DNA from: an uncultured delta proteobacterium | GTDB taxonomy: Bacteria > Myxococcota > Myxococcia > Myxococcales > Myxococcaceae | Length of the DNA stretch: 64,000 nt | Direction: 5' to 3' | Assembly: GCA_963771175.1 (NCBI GenBank) | Contig: CAVYSY010000052.1 | Coordinates: forward strand, 160,001-224,000 | Shown here: piece after piece, positions 10,795 through 19,861 of the stretch | Position numbering within the stretch: the stretch's first letter is position 1 | Layout: each line of letters starts with the position of its first letter | The notes under the pieces: generated by a model | Told to the model about the DNA's origin: nothing | The model's input: the letters and a program-made list of their open reading frames with translations, nothing else | Databases searched by the model: none | Translations under genes and position numbers: made by a program

Positions 10795-10823
10795 ATTATC
10801 GGAATGTGGGCGGAGGTGTTTCC
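10795..10823 (-). promoter_or_regulatory. sigma28/FliA-like promoter GAAA-N15-TCCGATAA
   Basis: Minus strand reads GGAAACACCTCCGCCCACATTCCGATAAT; one mismatch per box to TAAA-N15-GCCGATAA; about 55 bp upstream of the ATG. Confidence 0.5.
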
Positions 10824-11068
10824 TCTCTTTTGTTCTTTTCCTGGGCTGGCCCGGCCGTCCTCTCCCGACGGGACCCTGAGCAGCGCGTCATGGCCGCCTC
10901 GGCGCGTGGCGAAGACCAGGTCGTCCACTTCACCGGGGCTAGCCCACCGCGAACGTTACCCAGGCGAAACAGGCTCGTACCCGCGAACCCTATCACTCTT
11001 CTACCCAGTCCTTATTGTGCCCTTCCCCATCACCCGCTCGCGCGGGCTGCACACGGAGGGTTTCCGAC

Positions 11069-11473
11069 ATGGCCTCACGTTTCCGCCCGTTTCTCGCTGG
11101 TCTCGGTGGCACCGTCCTGCTCGCGCTCTGCGGGTGTGGCGGTGGAGATGACGATGACAATGGAGAGCCGACGGGCAACACCTGCCCTCCCGGCGGCACC
11201 ACGCTCACCGCGCAGAACTTCGCCCAGCCGTTCTTCCAGAGCTACTGCACGCGCTGCCACAGTTCGACGCTCAGTGGCCCCCAGCGCAACGGGGCTCCGC
11301 CCGATGCCAACTTCGACACGCTGGAGGGCATTCGCGCCGAACTGGAGGAGATCAACGAGCTGGCCGGCGCTGACAGTGCGGGGGTGAACACCGTGATGCC
11401 GCCCAGTGACCCCAAGCCCACGGACGACGAACGGCGCCAGCTCAATGAATGGATCATCTGCGGCGCCCCGTGA
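11069..11473 (+). CDS. Monoheme cytochrome c lipoprotein
   Basis: Lipobox LCGC; CTRCH heme motif; candidate distal Met in 'VMPP'; C-terminal 'EWIICGAP'. Confidence 0.8.
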   Translation: MASRFRPFLAGLGGTVLLALCGCGGGDDDDNGEPTGNTCPPGGTTLTAQNFAQPFFQSYCTRCHSSTLSGPQRNGAPPDANFDTLEGIRAELEEINELAGADSAGVNTVMPPSDPKPTDDERRQLNEWIICGAP

Positions 11474-11491
11474 CCAGGAGGGGAACGCGAG

Positions 11492-12028
11492 ATGAGACTC
11501 GGACACGTGTGCGCGCTGTGGCTGCTCGTCGCCCTACCGGCGATGGCGCAGGTGGAGCGCGTGGGGAACGCGACCGCCGGGTTCAACGGCAAGGGCCCCG
11601 GGGGCTTCAAGCTCGAGGGCACGACCCACGAGCTCTCCATCAAGGACGACGGGCAGAAGGTGACCTACGTCGTGCCGCTGGCCACGCTGAAGACGGGCAT
11701 CGAGCTGAGGGATCGCCACATGCGCGAGAAGTACCTCCAGACCGACAAGTACCCCGACGCCGTGCTGGTGGTGCCCTGGAGCGCCATCCGCCTCCCGGAG
11801 CAGGGGCAGTCCGTGACCCAGACCGTCACCGGGCAGATGAGCCTGCACGGCAAGACGAAGGACGTGCCCGTGACGTACACCGTGCGCAGGAATGGCGACG
11901 TCTACGAGACGACCGGGAAAGTACCGCTCAACATCAAGGACTTCGGCATCGACATCCCGAGCTACCTCGGGGTGACCGTCAAGCCGGACATCGAGACCTC
12001 GGTCGCCTTCAACTTCAAGCGGAAATAG
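11492..12028 (+). CDS. YceI-family polyisoprenoid-binding periplasmic protein
   Basis: Signal peptide; 'LKTGIELRDRHM', 'GQMSLHGKTK', 'DFGI..PS'. Confidence 0.9.
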   Translation: MRLGHVCALWLLVALPAMAQVERVGNATAGFNGKGPGGFKLEGTTHELSIKDDGQKVTYVVPLATLKTGIELRDRHMREKYLQTDKYPDAVLVVPWSAIRLPEQGQSVTQTVTGQMSLHGKTKDVPVTYTVRRNGDVYETTGKVPLNIKDFGIDIPSYLGVTVKPDIETSVAFNFKRK

Positions 12029-12045
12029 GAGGAGCGCGAGAGCCT

Positions 12046-13218
12046 ATGCGCCAGGGGCTGGTCGTACTGATGGTGGTGGGTTGCCTCGCCGCTGCTCGCG
12101 CCGAGGCCTTTCCGTGGATGATCCGTCACGGCTACACGAACTGCGCCTCGTGCCATCACGACCCCTCCGGAGGAGCCCTCGTGACGCCGTACGGACGGGC
12201 CCAGTCCGAGCTGCTCCTCGCGGCCCGATACGGGCAGCGGAAGGAAGCGGAGGAGGCAAGCCCCACCACGGCCTTCTTGTTCGGGGCGGTCACCCTGCCG
12301 GACTGGCTCAACCTGGGCTTGTCCTTCCGCGGCGCGGGGCTCCTCACACGGACCGGTGGCAATACGGACGTGCGAGCCCTCCAGATGGTGAGCGATCTCC
12401 GGGCGAACGTGTCCGTGGGGCCACTCCGGGCCGGCGGCTCGATAGGGTTCGTGGCGCGCCAGGCGAGGTTCGCCGCGTTGACGAACTTCGAGGAGAACAA
12501 CATCGTCTCCCGCGAGCATTGGCTCGGGGTGACCAACGAGGACCAGACCCTGCTGCTGAGGGCCGGACGGATGACGCTGCCCTTCGGTCTTCGCAACGTC
12601 GAGCACACGCTGTGGGCGCGGGTGAGCACGCGCACCGACCACAACGAGCAGCAGCAGCACGGGGTGGCGCTGGCCTACAACACCGAAGGACTCCGGGCCG
12701 AGGTGATGGGCATCCTCGGCAACTTCCAGCTCCACCCGAGTCTCTACTGGGAACACGGTTACTCCGGCTATGTCGAATGGGCGCCGTTCACGAGGGCCGC
12801 CTTCGGGGTGAGCAGCCTCCTGACCCATGCCGAGTACGACGTGGTGACGATACGGCCTTCCTTCCTCCGCCAGGCGCACGGCGTCTTCGCGCGGGTGGCA
12901 CCCGTCACTCCGGTGGTGTTCCTGCTGGAGGCGGATGTGCTGCTCGACAGGCCCGAGGGGGGCCCGACCACGAGCGGCTACACCGGACTGCTCCAGGTGG
13001 ACTACGAGCTGAGGCAGGGCTTCCACCTCCTGGCCACCGCCGAGCTCCTCCAGCGGCCCGGGGTCCACGTCACCGAGGTCGGAGGCTGGCTCTCGTTCGA
13101 CTACTTCATCCTTCCGCAGTTGGAGGTCCGGCTCGACGCCATCCTGAGGCACACCGGCCAGAGCGCCGCCGAGCCCAATGTGATGAACCTTCTGGGGCAG
13201 CTGCGCCTCTCCATCTGA
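12046..13218 (+). CDS. Outer-membrane beta-barrel with N-terminal monoheme cytochrome c (Cyc2-like architecture)
   Basis: Signal peptide ending AEA; 'FPWMIRHGYTNCASCHHDPSGGALVTPYGR'; amphipathic strands ending 'LGQLRLSI'; GGAGGAG upstream. Confidence 0.75.
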   Translation: MRQGLVVLMVVGCLAAARAEAFPWMIRHGYTNCASCHHDPSGGALVTPYGRAQSELLLAARYGQRKEAEEASPTTAFLFGAVTLPDWLNLGLSFRGAGLLTRTGGNTDVRALQMVSDLRANVSVGPLRAGGSIGFVARQARFAALTNFEENNIVSREHWLGVTNEDQTLLLRAGRMTLPFGLRNVEHTLWARVSTRTDHNEQQQHGVALAYNTEGLRAEVMGILGNFQLHPSLYWEHGYSGYVEWAPFTRAAFGVSSLLTHAEYDVVTIRPSFLRQAHGVFARVAPVTPVVFLLEADVLLDRPEGGPTTSGYTGLLQVDYELRQGFHLLATAELLQRPGVHVTEVGGWLSFDYFILPQLEVRLDAILRHTGQSAAEPNVMNLLGQLRLSI

Positions 13219-13242
13219 CCCGCCGTGCTCCCCGTGAACGCC

Positions 13243-13725
13243 ATGCACCCGCCTCCCCGCCTCGCCCGCCCAGCACTCGTCGCGCTGGCACTCCTCGCCG
13301 CGCCCTCCGCGCTCGCGACCCCCAACTTCCCGGGCGCCGTCCAGAGCGAGCTCAACCTCTCCCGCGCGCCCGAATGCTCGCTGTGCCACATCGGGGTCCA
13401 GGCGCGAGGAACCGTGAACACGCCCTTCGGAACCTCCATGCGCCAGAGGGGGCTGCGCGCGAACGACGAGGAGAGCCTCCGGACCGCGCTGGACATGATG
13501 CGCGCCGAAGCCGTGGACAGTGATGGGGACGGGACGCCGGACGTGGAGGAGCTCATCGCTGGCGACGACCCGAACCAGGGCCCCGAGCCCCCGAGCGACA
13601 CGCCGCCGGAGCCTACCTTTGGATGTGCCAGCAGCCCGGAGGGAGCGACCTGGTGGGCGCTGCTCCTCCTCGCGCTCGCGGTGGCTCCCCGGGCCGGCCA
13701 TGCGCCGGGTCCCCCTCGCACCTGA
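13243..13725 (+). CDS. Secreted monoheme cytochrome c with a TSP3-like Ca-binding repeat and a MYXO-CTERM-like anchor
   Basis: Signal peptide; CSLCH; 'DSDGDGTPDVEELIAGDDPN'; C-terminal 'GCASS..WWALLLLALAV..R'. Confidence 0.75.
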   Translation: MHPPPRLARPALVALALLAAPSALATPNFPGAVQSELNLSRAPECSLCHIGVQARGTVNTPFGTSMRQRGLRANDEESLRTALDMMRAEAVDSDGDGTPDVEELIAGDDPNQGPEPPSDTPPEPTFGCASSPEGATWWALLLLALAVAPRAGHAPGPPRT

Positions 13726-13736
13726 ATCACACCGCG

Positions 13737-13812
13737 CTACGGCTTGTCCGCGACGAGCAGGGCCTCGACGTTGCCCGCGGGTCCGGGCACGGTGGAGTCC
13801 ATCACCCCAGTC
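13737..13812 (-). pseudogene. C-terminal remnant of a TlyA-like rRNA methyltransferase
   Basis: Own translation 'GVMDSTVPGPAGNVEALLVADKP*' resembles the TlyA C-terminal 'S.I.G..GN.E.L' motif; no upstream body. Confidence 0.5.
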
Positions 13813-13884
13813 CAGCTCTGGGCGATGAGGCCCAGAGAGGTCTCCGGGCCTGTCGTCAGGAGCCGAGCCAGGCTGGGCTTCCGG

Positions 13885-14673
13885 TCACGGGCACTGGAGA
13901 TCGAAGTTCTTCGTTTCCCCGTCGGGGTCGGTCACCTTGACACTCGAGGTGCCATTGAACTCCGTGGTGAAGACGCCGTCCTCGCCCTCCACCGTCACCT
14001 TGCCCGCGGTGGGGCACTGGTCCACGCAGCGCTGGTAGCCGGTGATGGTCGAGGTGGTGACCTTATCGCCGCGCGTGCTACCACCCTGGCCATTCAGGGT
14101 CACACACCCGCTCCCCTGCTCCCAGGTCATGGTGAGCTGCGTGTCCCGGGAGTCGACCACGTTCGGAGCGCGGCTGCGCGACCTCATCGTCACCGTCCGC
14201 TGGGTGCCCGCACGCGTGGCGGTCCCGTTCAGGTCGAGGATGAAGGGGTTTCCGCCCGCGGTCAGGTCCGTAGAGGAGGCGGTGAAGACCAGCTGGCCGT
14301 TGCTCTCCGAGAGTTCGAGCTTCACGGCCCCGGAGACCGACCTCAATCCGAAGGCGCCTTCGCAGTTGTTGAAGGTGTAATTCACCGTGGTGCCCGAGGC
14401 CGTCGCCACCGCACACCCGGCAGGGGTGAAGTAGGTGCCGGCCCGGCTGGCAATCGCAGACGCGGCCGCTTCCAGATCTATTTGCTGCGCGACCGGGGCG
14501 GAGAAGTAGTAGACGCCGTAGGGATCGACCCAGCCGTAGGCGTAATACGCATCGTAGCCGGACCAGTATGGGTCGTAATAGGCGTAGTCGTAATAGTAGG
14601 GATCGTAGTAGGTGCTGGCGCACCCGGTCATCGCCATCACCAAGAGATAGAGCATCGCCTTGAATCGTTTCAC
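13885..14673 (-). CDS. Hypothetical lipoprotein with a Tyr-rich N-terminus
   Basis: GTG start with AAGGAG RBS; lipobox MTGC; beta-rich body with paired Cys. Confidence 0.75.
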   Translation of the reverse strand: MKRFKAMLYLLVMAMTGCASTYYDPYYYDYAYYDPYWSGYDAYYAYGWVDPYGVYYFSAPVAQQIDLEAAASAIASRAGTYFTPAGCAVATASGTTVNYTFNNCEGAFGLRSVSGAVKLELSESNGQLVFTASSTDLTAGGNPFILDLNGTATRAGTQRTVTMRSRSRAPNVVDSRDTQLTMTWEQGSGCVTLNGQGGSTRGDKVTTSTITGYQRCVDQCPTAGKVTVEGEDGVFTTEFNGTSSVKVTDPDGETKNFDLQCP

Positions 14674-14861
14674 CGTCGGCTCCTTTCAATGCACTGAAGG
14701 TAGAGCCAGGTCAGTGAGCAAACCGCGTACCAGCGGGAATCCAGAGGGAGCTCCGCGGTGCGTCCCTGGTGCGGAGGGAAACGGATTTCCCATCCGAGAG
14801 AGAAGTATTCCAGGGGTTGAGGCGAGGTTGCCACTTTGGGGAAGGCGAGAATTTCGAGCCT

Positions 14862-15492
14862 GTGGAGGAGCGCATCATCGTCCCCCCTCAGAGGCTCATC
14901 CCAGCACCGGCGCCCACCGGCTCCTATGCGGCCTACGAAAAGGTGGTTCAGCCCGAGTTGGGGATGGTGTACGGCACCGGCTGGCTGCCCCCCCATGCTC
15001 GACCTGCGGGACTACACCCCGTCGACCAAGGAGGTGGCGGAGATGTCGGCCAGGCTCGGCATCTCGCCGAGCGACCTCACCGCACAGTTGCCCTCGGCCG
15101 TCGACGTGAGGCAGTACTGCTCGCCCATCGACAACCAGGGCCCACTCGGTGCGTGCACGGCTCACGCCGCGGTGGGGATCGTCGAGTACTTCCAGAACCG
15201 CGCCTTCAACAGCTACGTCGATGGCTCGAGACTGTTCGTCGACAAGACAACGCGCAACCTCATGGGAGTGGTGGGCGACACGGGTGCCTGGCTCCGGTAC
15301 ACCATGGCGGCGCTCACCTACTGCGGCGTCCCTCCAGAGAAGTACTGGCCCTAACCACCGCCACCCAGGAAAGGGTACGGCTGGCTGCCCTACGACTACG
15401 TGCTCAAATCCCTGGCACTCGATTTCTGGTCCATCCTGAGCATGAGCTGGGTGAATACGAATCGTTTCGGAATCGAGGCGACGCAGCACTGA
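14862..15492 (+). pseudogene. Papain-like C1 cysteine peptidase with a frameshift and internal deletion
   Basis: 'GTGWLPP', 'LPSAVDVRQYCSPIDNQGPLGACTAHA', 'GVPPEKYWP*', then a jump to 'GKGYGWLPYDYV'; the catalytic His/Asn (NSWG) segment is missing. Confidence 0.8.
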
Positions 15493-15525
15493 AAGTCCTT
15501 CGAGCAATTGGGGGCCGGCGCCTCC

Positions 15526-16519
15526 TCACCTGGGAGGCGCCATGAGCCGCTCGCCCAGCAACTGGACGTAGCGCGCCCGGCTGATGTTGCGGCCGGTGAT
15601 GACCACGGCGATGTCTCGGAAGCCCTCCGGTGGGTGGCGCAGCAATGCGGCCACCGTCGCGGCTCCGGAGGGCTCGACGACGAGCTGGTGCTCCTCGAGC
15701 AACCAGGCCATCGCATCCTGGATGTCCGCCTCCGACACGAGCAGCACCCGGTCCACGTACTTCTGGGCCAGGGGCAGAGTGAGGGTGTCCGGCTCCGGCT
15801 GCGCCCCCAGCCCGTCCGCGATGCTGGGCCGGGCCGCCACCGGGACGGGCCGTCCGTGCCGCATCCACTCCGCGAGCACCGGGCTCACCTCGGGCTGCAC
15901 GCCCCAGAGCTTCATGCCGGGGGTTGCGGTCCTTCATCGCCACGCCCATCCCGCTGATGAGGCCGCCACCGCCGATGGCCACCACCGCGAGGTCCACCTC
16001 CGGCAGGTCATCGAGCACCTCCAGCCCCACCGTGCCGCCCCCGGCGATGATGTCCGGGTCGTTGTAGGCGGAGACGAAGAGGCGCTGGTGCTCGCGCGCG
16101 TGCGCCTGGGCCGCCTCGCGCGCTGCGGGCACCGAATCGAGGAAGTGGAGCCGGGCCCCATTGCGGCGCATGACCTCCACCTTGCGCGGGTCCGCCGTGC
16201 GCGGAAGGAACAGCTCCACGGGGACGCCGAGCCGCCGCGCGACGTGGGACAGGCCGATGCCGTGGCCGCCGGCGGTGGAGGCCACCACCCCGCGCGCACG
16301 CGTGGCGTCGTCCACGGCCAGCAGCTTGTTGAAGGAGATGCGCGGCTTGAAGCTGCCCGTCACCTGGAGGCACTCCAGCTTGAGGAAGACGTGGGCGCCG
16401 AGCCGCTCGGAGAGCGCGGCGGACGGCTCCAGCGGCGTGTGCCGGATGAACGGGGCGATGCGCTCGCGCGCCTGGCGGATGGACTGGGGCGTGACGAGGG
16501 TGTGCGGCGCGGAGGACAT
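15526..16519 (-). CDS. PLP-dependent threonine/serine dehydratase family protein, frameshift near 15920
   Basis: 'LKLECLQVTGSFKPR', 'IGGGGLISG', 'VVEPSGA', 'ITGRNI'. Confidence 0.85.
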
Positions 16520-16615
16520 GGGGACTCCTGTGTGCGGAGGCCTCACGGATGTGCCACCCCGAGCCTCCGCGCGGAACGGGCATGAGCGCGGGGGCAGGCA
16601 TGCGAGAATGCAGGG

Positions 16616-17512
16616 GTGGACTGGAATGACCTGCGCTACCTGCTCGCAGTGTACGAGGGCGGCTCGCTCGCGGCCGCGGCGCGCAAGCTGCGCGTGGACG
16701 CGGCGACGGTGGGCCGGCGGCTCGCGGCGCTGGAGCGCTCCGTGGGTGTCCGCCTGCTGGAGAAGGCCCCCGGAGGGATGCGCCTGACCGTCTCCGGCGA
16801 GCAGGCGGTGCAAGCCGCGCGGCACATCGACGAGACCGCCACCACGCTGGAGCGACAGCTCGCCGGGGCGGATGTCCAGGTGTCCGGGAGCGTCCGCGTC
16901 ACCGCACCCGAGACAGTGGTGAGCCACGTGCTCGCGCCACACCTGCCCGCCTGGCGAGAACGCTACCCCGCGCTACGACTGGAATTGCTGGCGGCCACCC
17001 AGGTGCTCAACCTGTCCCGCCGTGAGGCGGACGTGGCGGTGCGGCTGTTCCGACCACAGGAACCCACGCTCGTGGTGCGCAAGCTGGGCGAGCTCTCCTT
17101 CGCGCTGTACGGCTCCAGGGCCTACGTGCGCCAGCATGGGCGTCCCCGGCTGGAGGCACTGCGCGAGCACGTGCTGCTGGGCTACGACGACTCCCTGGCA
17201 CAGACGCCAGAGAAGCAGTGGCTGGAGCGCGCGGGGGACGGGGCCCTCTTCGTCCTGCGCAGCAACAGCCGTTATGCGCTGCTGGAAGCCGCGCGCAAGG
17301 GATTGGGACTCACGGTGCTGCCCTGCTACCTCGCGGACGGCGTGTCGGGGCTCGTGAGGCTCTCCCGCCTGGACGACCTTCCCAGGCGCGAGGCCTGGCT
17401 GGCCGTTCACCCAGACCTCCAACATGCCCCGCGCGTGCGGGCGACCATCGACCTGCTGGTGGAGGTCTTCCAACGGGAAGGCGCTCGGCTGCGGGGCGAG
17501 CGGCCGAGGTGA
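16616..17512 (+). CDS. LysR-family transcriptional regulator
   Basis: 'MDWNDLRYLLAV..GSLAAAARKL' HTH; 'NLSRREADVAVR'; divergent from the dehydratase. Confidence 0.93.
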   Translation: MDWNDLRYLLAVYEGGSLAAAARKLRVDAATVGRRLAALERSVGVRLLEKAPGGMRLTVSGEQAVQAARHIDETATTLERQLAGADVQVSGSVRVTAPETVVSHVLAPHLPAWRERYPALRLELLAATQVLNLSRREADVAVRLFRPQEPTLVVRKLGELSFALYGSRAYVRQHGRPRLEALREHVLLGYDDSLAQTPEKQWLERAGDGALFVLRSNSRYALLEAARKGLGLTVLPCYLADGVSGLVRLSRLDDLPRREAWLAVHPDLQHAPRVRATIDLLVEVFQREGARLRGERPR

Positions 17513-17522
17513 ATCACGGGAA

Positions 17523-17747
17523 GGTGGAAGGTCGACTTTCGCCATTTTGGGCGCCTCAGAGGGAAGAACGAGGTGCCTTCCCAAAGGGAAGTCAGAGGGA
17601 GCCAGTCAAAAATGGCGAAAGTCGAGTTTGACACCGTCCCCGGTCCCGGGACACGAAGCCTCGGTATCGAATCCTCCAACATCTGCCCAGGGACTCGCTC
17701 CCTTCCTCGATTACTCGCTTGTTCCCCTCAAACTGGCGAAAGTCGAG
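17523..17747. repeat. REP/REPIN-like inverted repeat element
   Basis: TCGACTTTCGCCATTTT (17532-17548) and AAAATGGCGAAAGTCGA (17609-17625) are a perfect 17-bp inverted pair; third copy at 17729-17747; TTTGACACC at 17627. Confidence 0.75.
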
Positions 17748-17930
17748 CCTGCCCCCCCCTTCTCGACTAGCGATTTCTCTTTGCAGCACCAGGCACGCGG
17801 GCCAACCCCAATCCATTAGGATGCCGGTGCTGTTGAGCATTTGGTAGGCGCTGCATCGAACGGCCATCGCATATCTCGAATAGTTCATTGCGCCAAACAA
17901 CACCTCCAGCCTCCATGTGCATCTCTTCGC

Positions 17931-18422
17931 TCACGGGAGAGCCATAAAGATAACGCTTGCCTCTATATACAATGCCAAATGTTTTGGGTCCGCCCCTCCT
18001 GTAGAGTCCCGGACGACCGTGATGCACATCCAACCCTTGCCACAGGAGTCGAGCTCCCTGTGGTCGCACTGACGGAAGCACGCGCTCTGCGTGCTCCGGC
18101 CCACCCACAGAGGTAGTTCGAGGGGCAGCTCTCGGGCAGGAGCGGGGGTCCTTTGGGCCAGCCACATCCAAGAGGAGGTGAGCGCTTCACGTACTGCGAG
18201 CCGTCCGCTCTTGAGATCGGCGATTGTGCGTGGCGTACAAGCCGTGAACACCAGCCATGTGGCGTCAGTGGATTCCTCCGCAGTGTAAGCGAGGAGCGGC
18301 TGACCGGAGGCGGTCTTGGTAGTGTAGAGAACAGGCGTCTCCGCCTCATAGAGAACTTCCTCTACCTCCACCGAACCGAGCAGAGCCGGATCGACCATGT
18401 GCGCGCCGTTGGGCTCATTCAT
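17931..18422 (-). pseudogene. DUF6575-like protein, truncated near 18150 and fused to unrelated fragments
   Basis: 'EEVLYEAETPVLYT..GQPLLAY..WL..IADLKSGRLAVREAL'; start overlaps the upstream stop (ATGA). Confidence 0.5.
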
Positions 18423-18793
18423 GGGCATGACACGGCTTCCTTGAAGTACTGGTGTCGTTCGACACCCCGATAAGGCCACCAATCAATGTGGCCGCTCTTG
18501 ACGTTCGACAGCTTCATTTTCCCACATGAAGGGTCCAGCGTGCCCTCGGCGACACGCGTACCGAGATGAGGTGAGAGCCTGAGCCGATGACACGCGCGCT
18601 CCCGGCTCGTGAAGACCGAAACCGATCTGCGCGCGCAGGGAGGAGCACTCGGTGCGAGGCCGAGTTCCTCGTGGGTTCTGAAATCTTCAGGGCTTGGTGC
18701 TCGGTTGCGGACGATTCGAAACACGCCTCCGCTTGCATCCTCAGCGTCAGTAGGGGGGCATCCGGGGGGCCAGTCGCTCGGAGATTCGGCCAT
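18419..18793 (-). CDS. Hypothetical protein, possible ADP-ribosyltransferase/RES-like fold
   Basis: 'WPPGCPP', 'VFRIV', 'SVSVF', 'GHIDWW'; lower GC. Confidence 0.55.
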   Translation of the reverse strand: MAESPSDWPPGCPPTDAEDASGGVFRIVRNRAPSPEDFRTHEELGLAPSAPPCARRSVSVFTSRERACHRLRLSPHLGTRVAEGTLDPSCGKMKLSNVKSGHIDWWPYRGVERHQYFKEAVSCP

Positions 18794-19075
18794 TGTTCGC
18801 TCTGGATGCGAGTAGCAATCGAGAGGGGGCGAAAGTCAAGAGGTAGTGCCTTGGCCCATGCGCTGCACCTCATCTGGTACTGCCTGCTGGCTAGGCAGCA
18901 TAGCCGACAGCCAGAGAATAGGGGCTCGTTCGGCAAGTACCTGTATGCGCGCACGCGCACTGCGGTCGTGAACCTTCAAACGGATGCGGCGTTGGGCCTG
19001 GGCAGGCCTACCACGTTGATGGTGGACGGCGTTGACTTACGGCCGGTTTCAGAGGACTCCCAGCTAGGCCGACTC

Positions 19076-19543
19076 CTACCGCGAGTCGCGCACGCCGATG
19101 GCGAGCTGCCCGAGTCTGACGCTCTTGGCCAGCTCCATCACCTGCACCACGGTGCCGTGGGGGACGCCTTCGTCGGCCTGGACGATGACGATGGTGTCCG
19201 GGTTCTCCTGCTGGGCCTTGGCGAAGGCGCGGCGAACTCGTCCTCGCTGACCACGTTGCCACCCAGGACGAAGCGCCCGTCCGCTAGCACGGCCACGGAC
19301 AGCTCCGTGGCGCGCGCCGTCACGTCGGTGGTGCCACCCTTGGGCAGGTTCACCTTGAGGCCCGTCTGCGCGCCGCCCGGGGCCTGCTGTACGATGACCG
19401 AGTTCATCACCATGAAGATGATGAGGAGCATGAGGAAAATGTCCGTCAGCGGGGTGATGTTGATCTCCCCGAAGCCCGACATCCTCGAAGCCCGAATCCT
19501 CGCCGTTGCCTTCGGAATCCCCCGGAGTCTTGCCCATCGCCAT
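19076..19543 (-). pseudogene. exbD: ExbD/TolR biopolymer transport protein with two frameshifts; no exbB partner nearby
   Basis: 'EINITPLTDIFLMLLIIFMV', 'VNLPK', 'VIVQADEGVPHGTVVQVMELAK'. Confidence 0.8.
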
Positions 19544-19861
19544 AGGGGTGGACCGCAGGACTCCGGCGGGAACAAGGCGCGTCCACCGAGGCCGAATCGA
19601 ATCCTCGGACACATACCCGGGACACCTGTCCTGGCAACGAACATCCTCCGGGCGGCTCACGAGCGGAGTGGTGGCTCGTGGGATGCGCCGCGGGCGTGCT
19701 GGTAGCCACGCTGCATAGCCGCATACGTTCGCCGCAAGCGTCGCGGGGCGTGGGTGTGGGGAACTGAGCAGTCCCGGGGCCGAGCACCTCCCACTTCGGG
19801 CTCGGCGCACGCACCTACCGGGTGGGCTCGGTTCAGACGTCCCCCGACCCAGGAGGCGCGC

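Noticed and set aside
18800..19070. Coding-like lower-GC stretch
   Set aside because: No start, RBS or recognisable motif in any frame; left unannotated.
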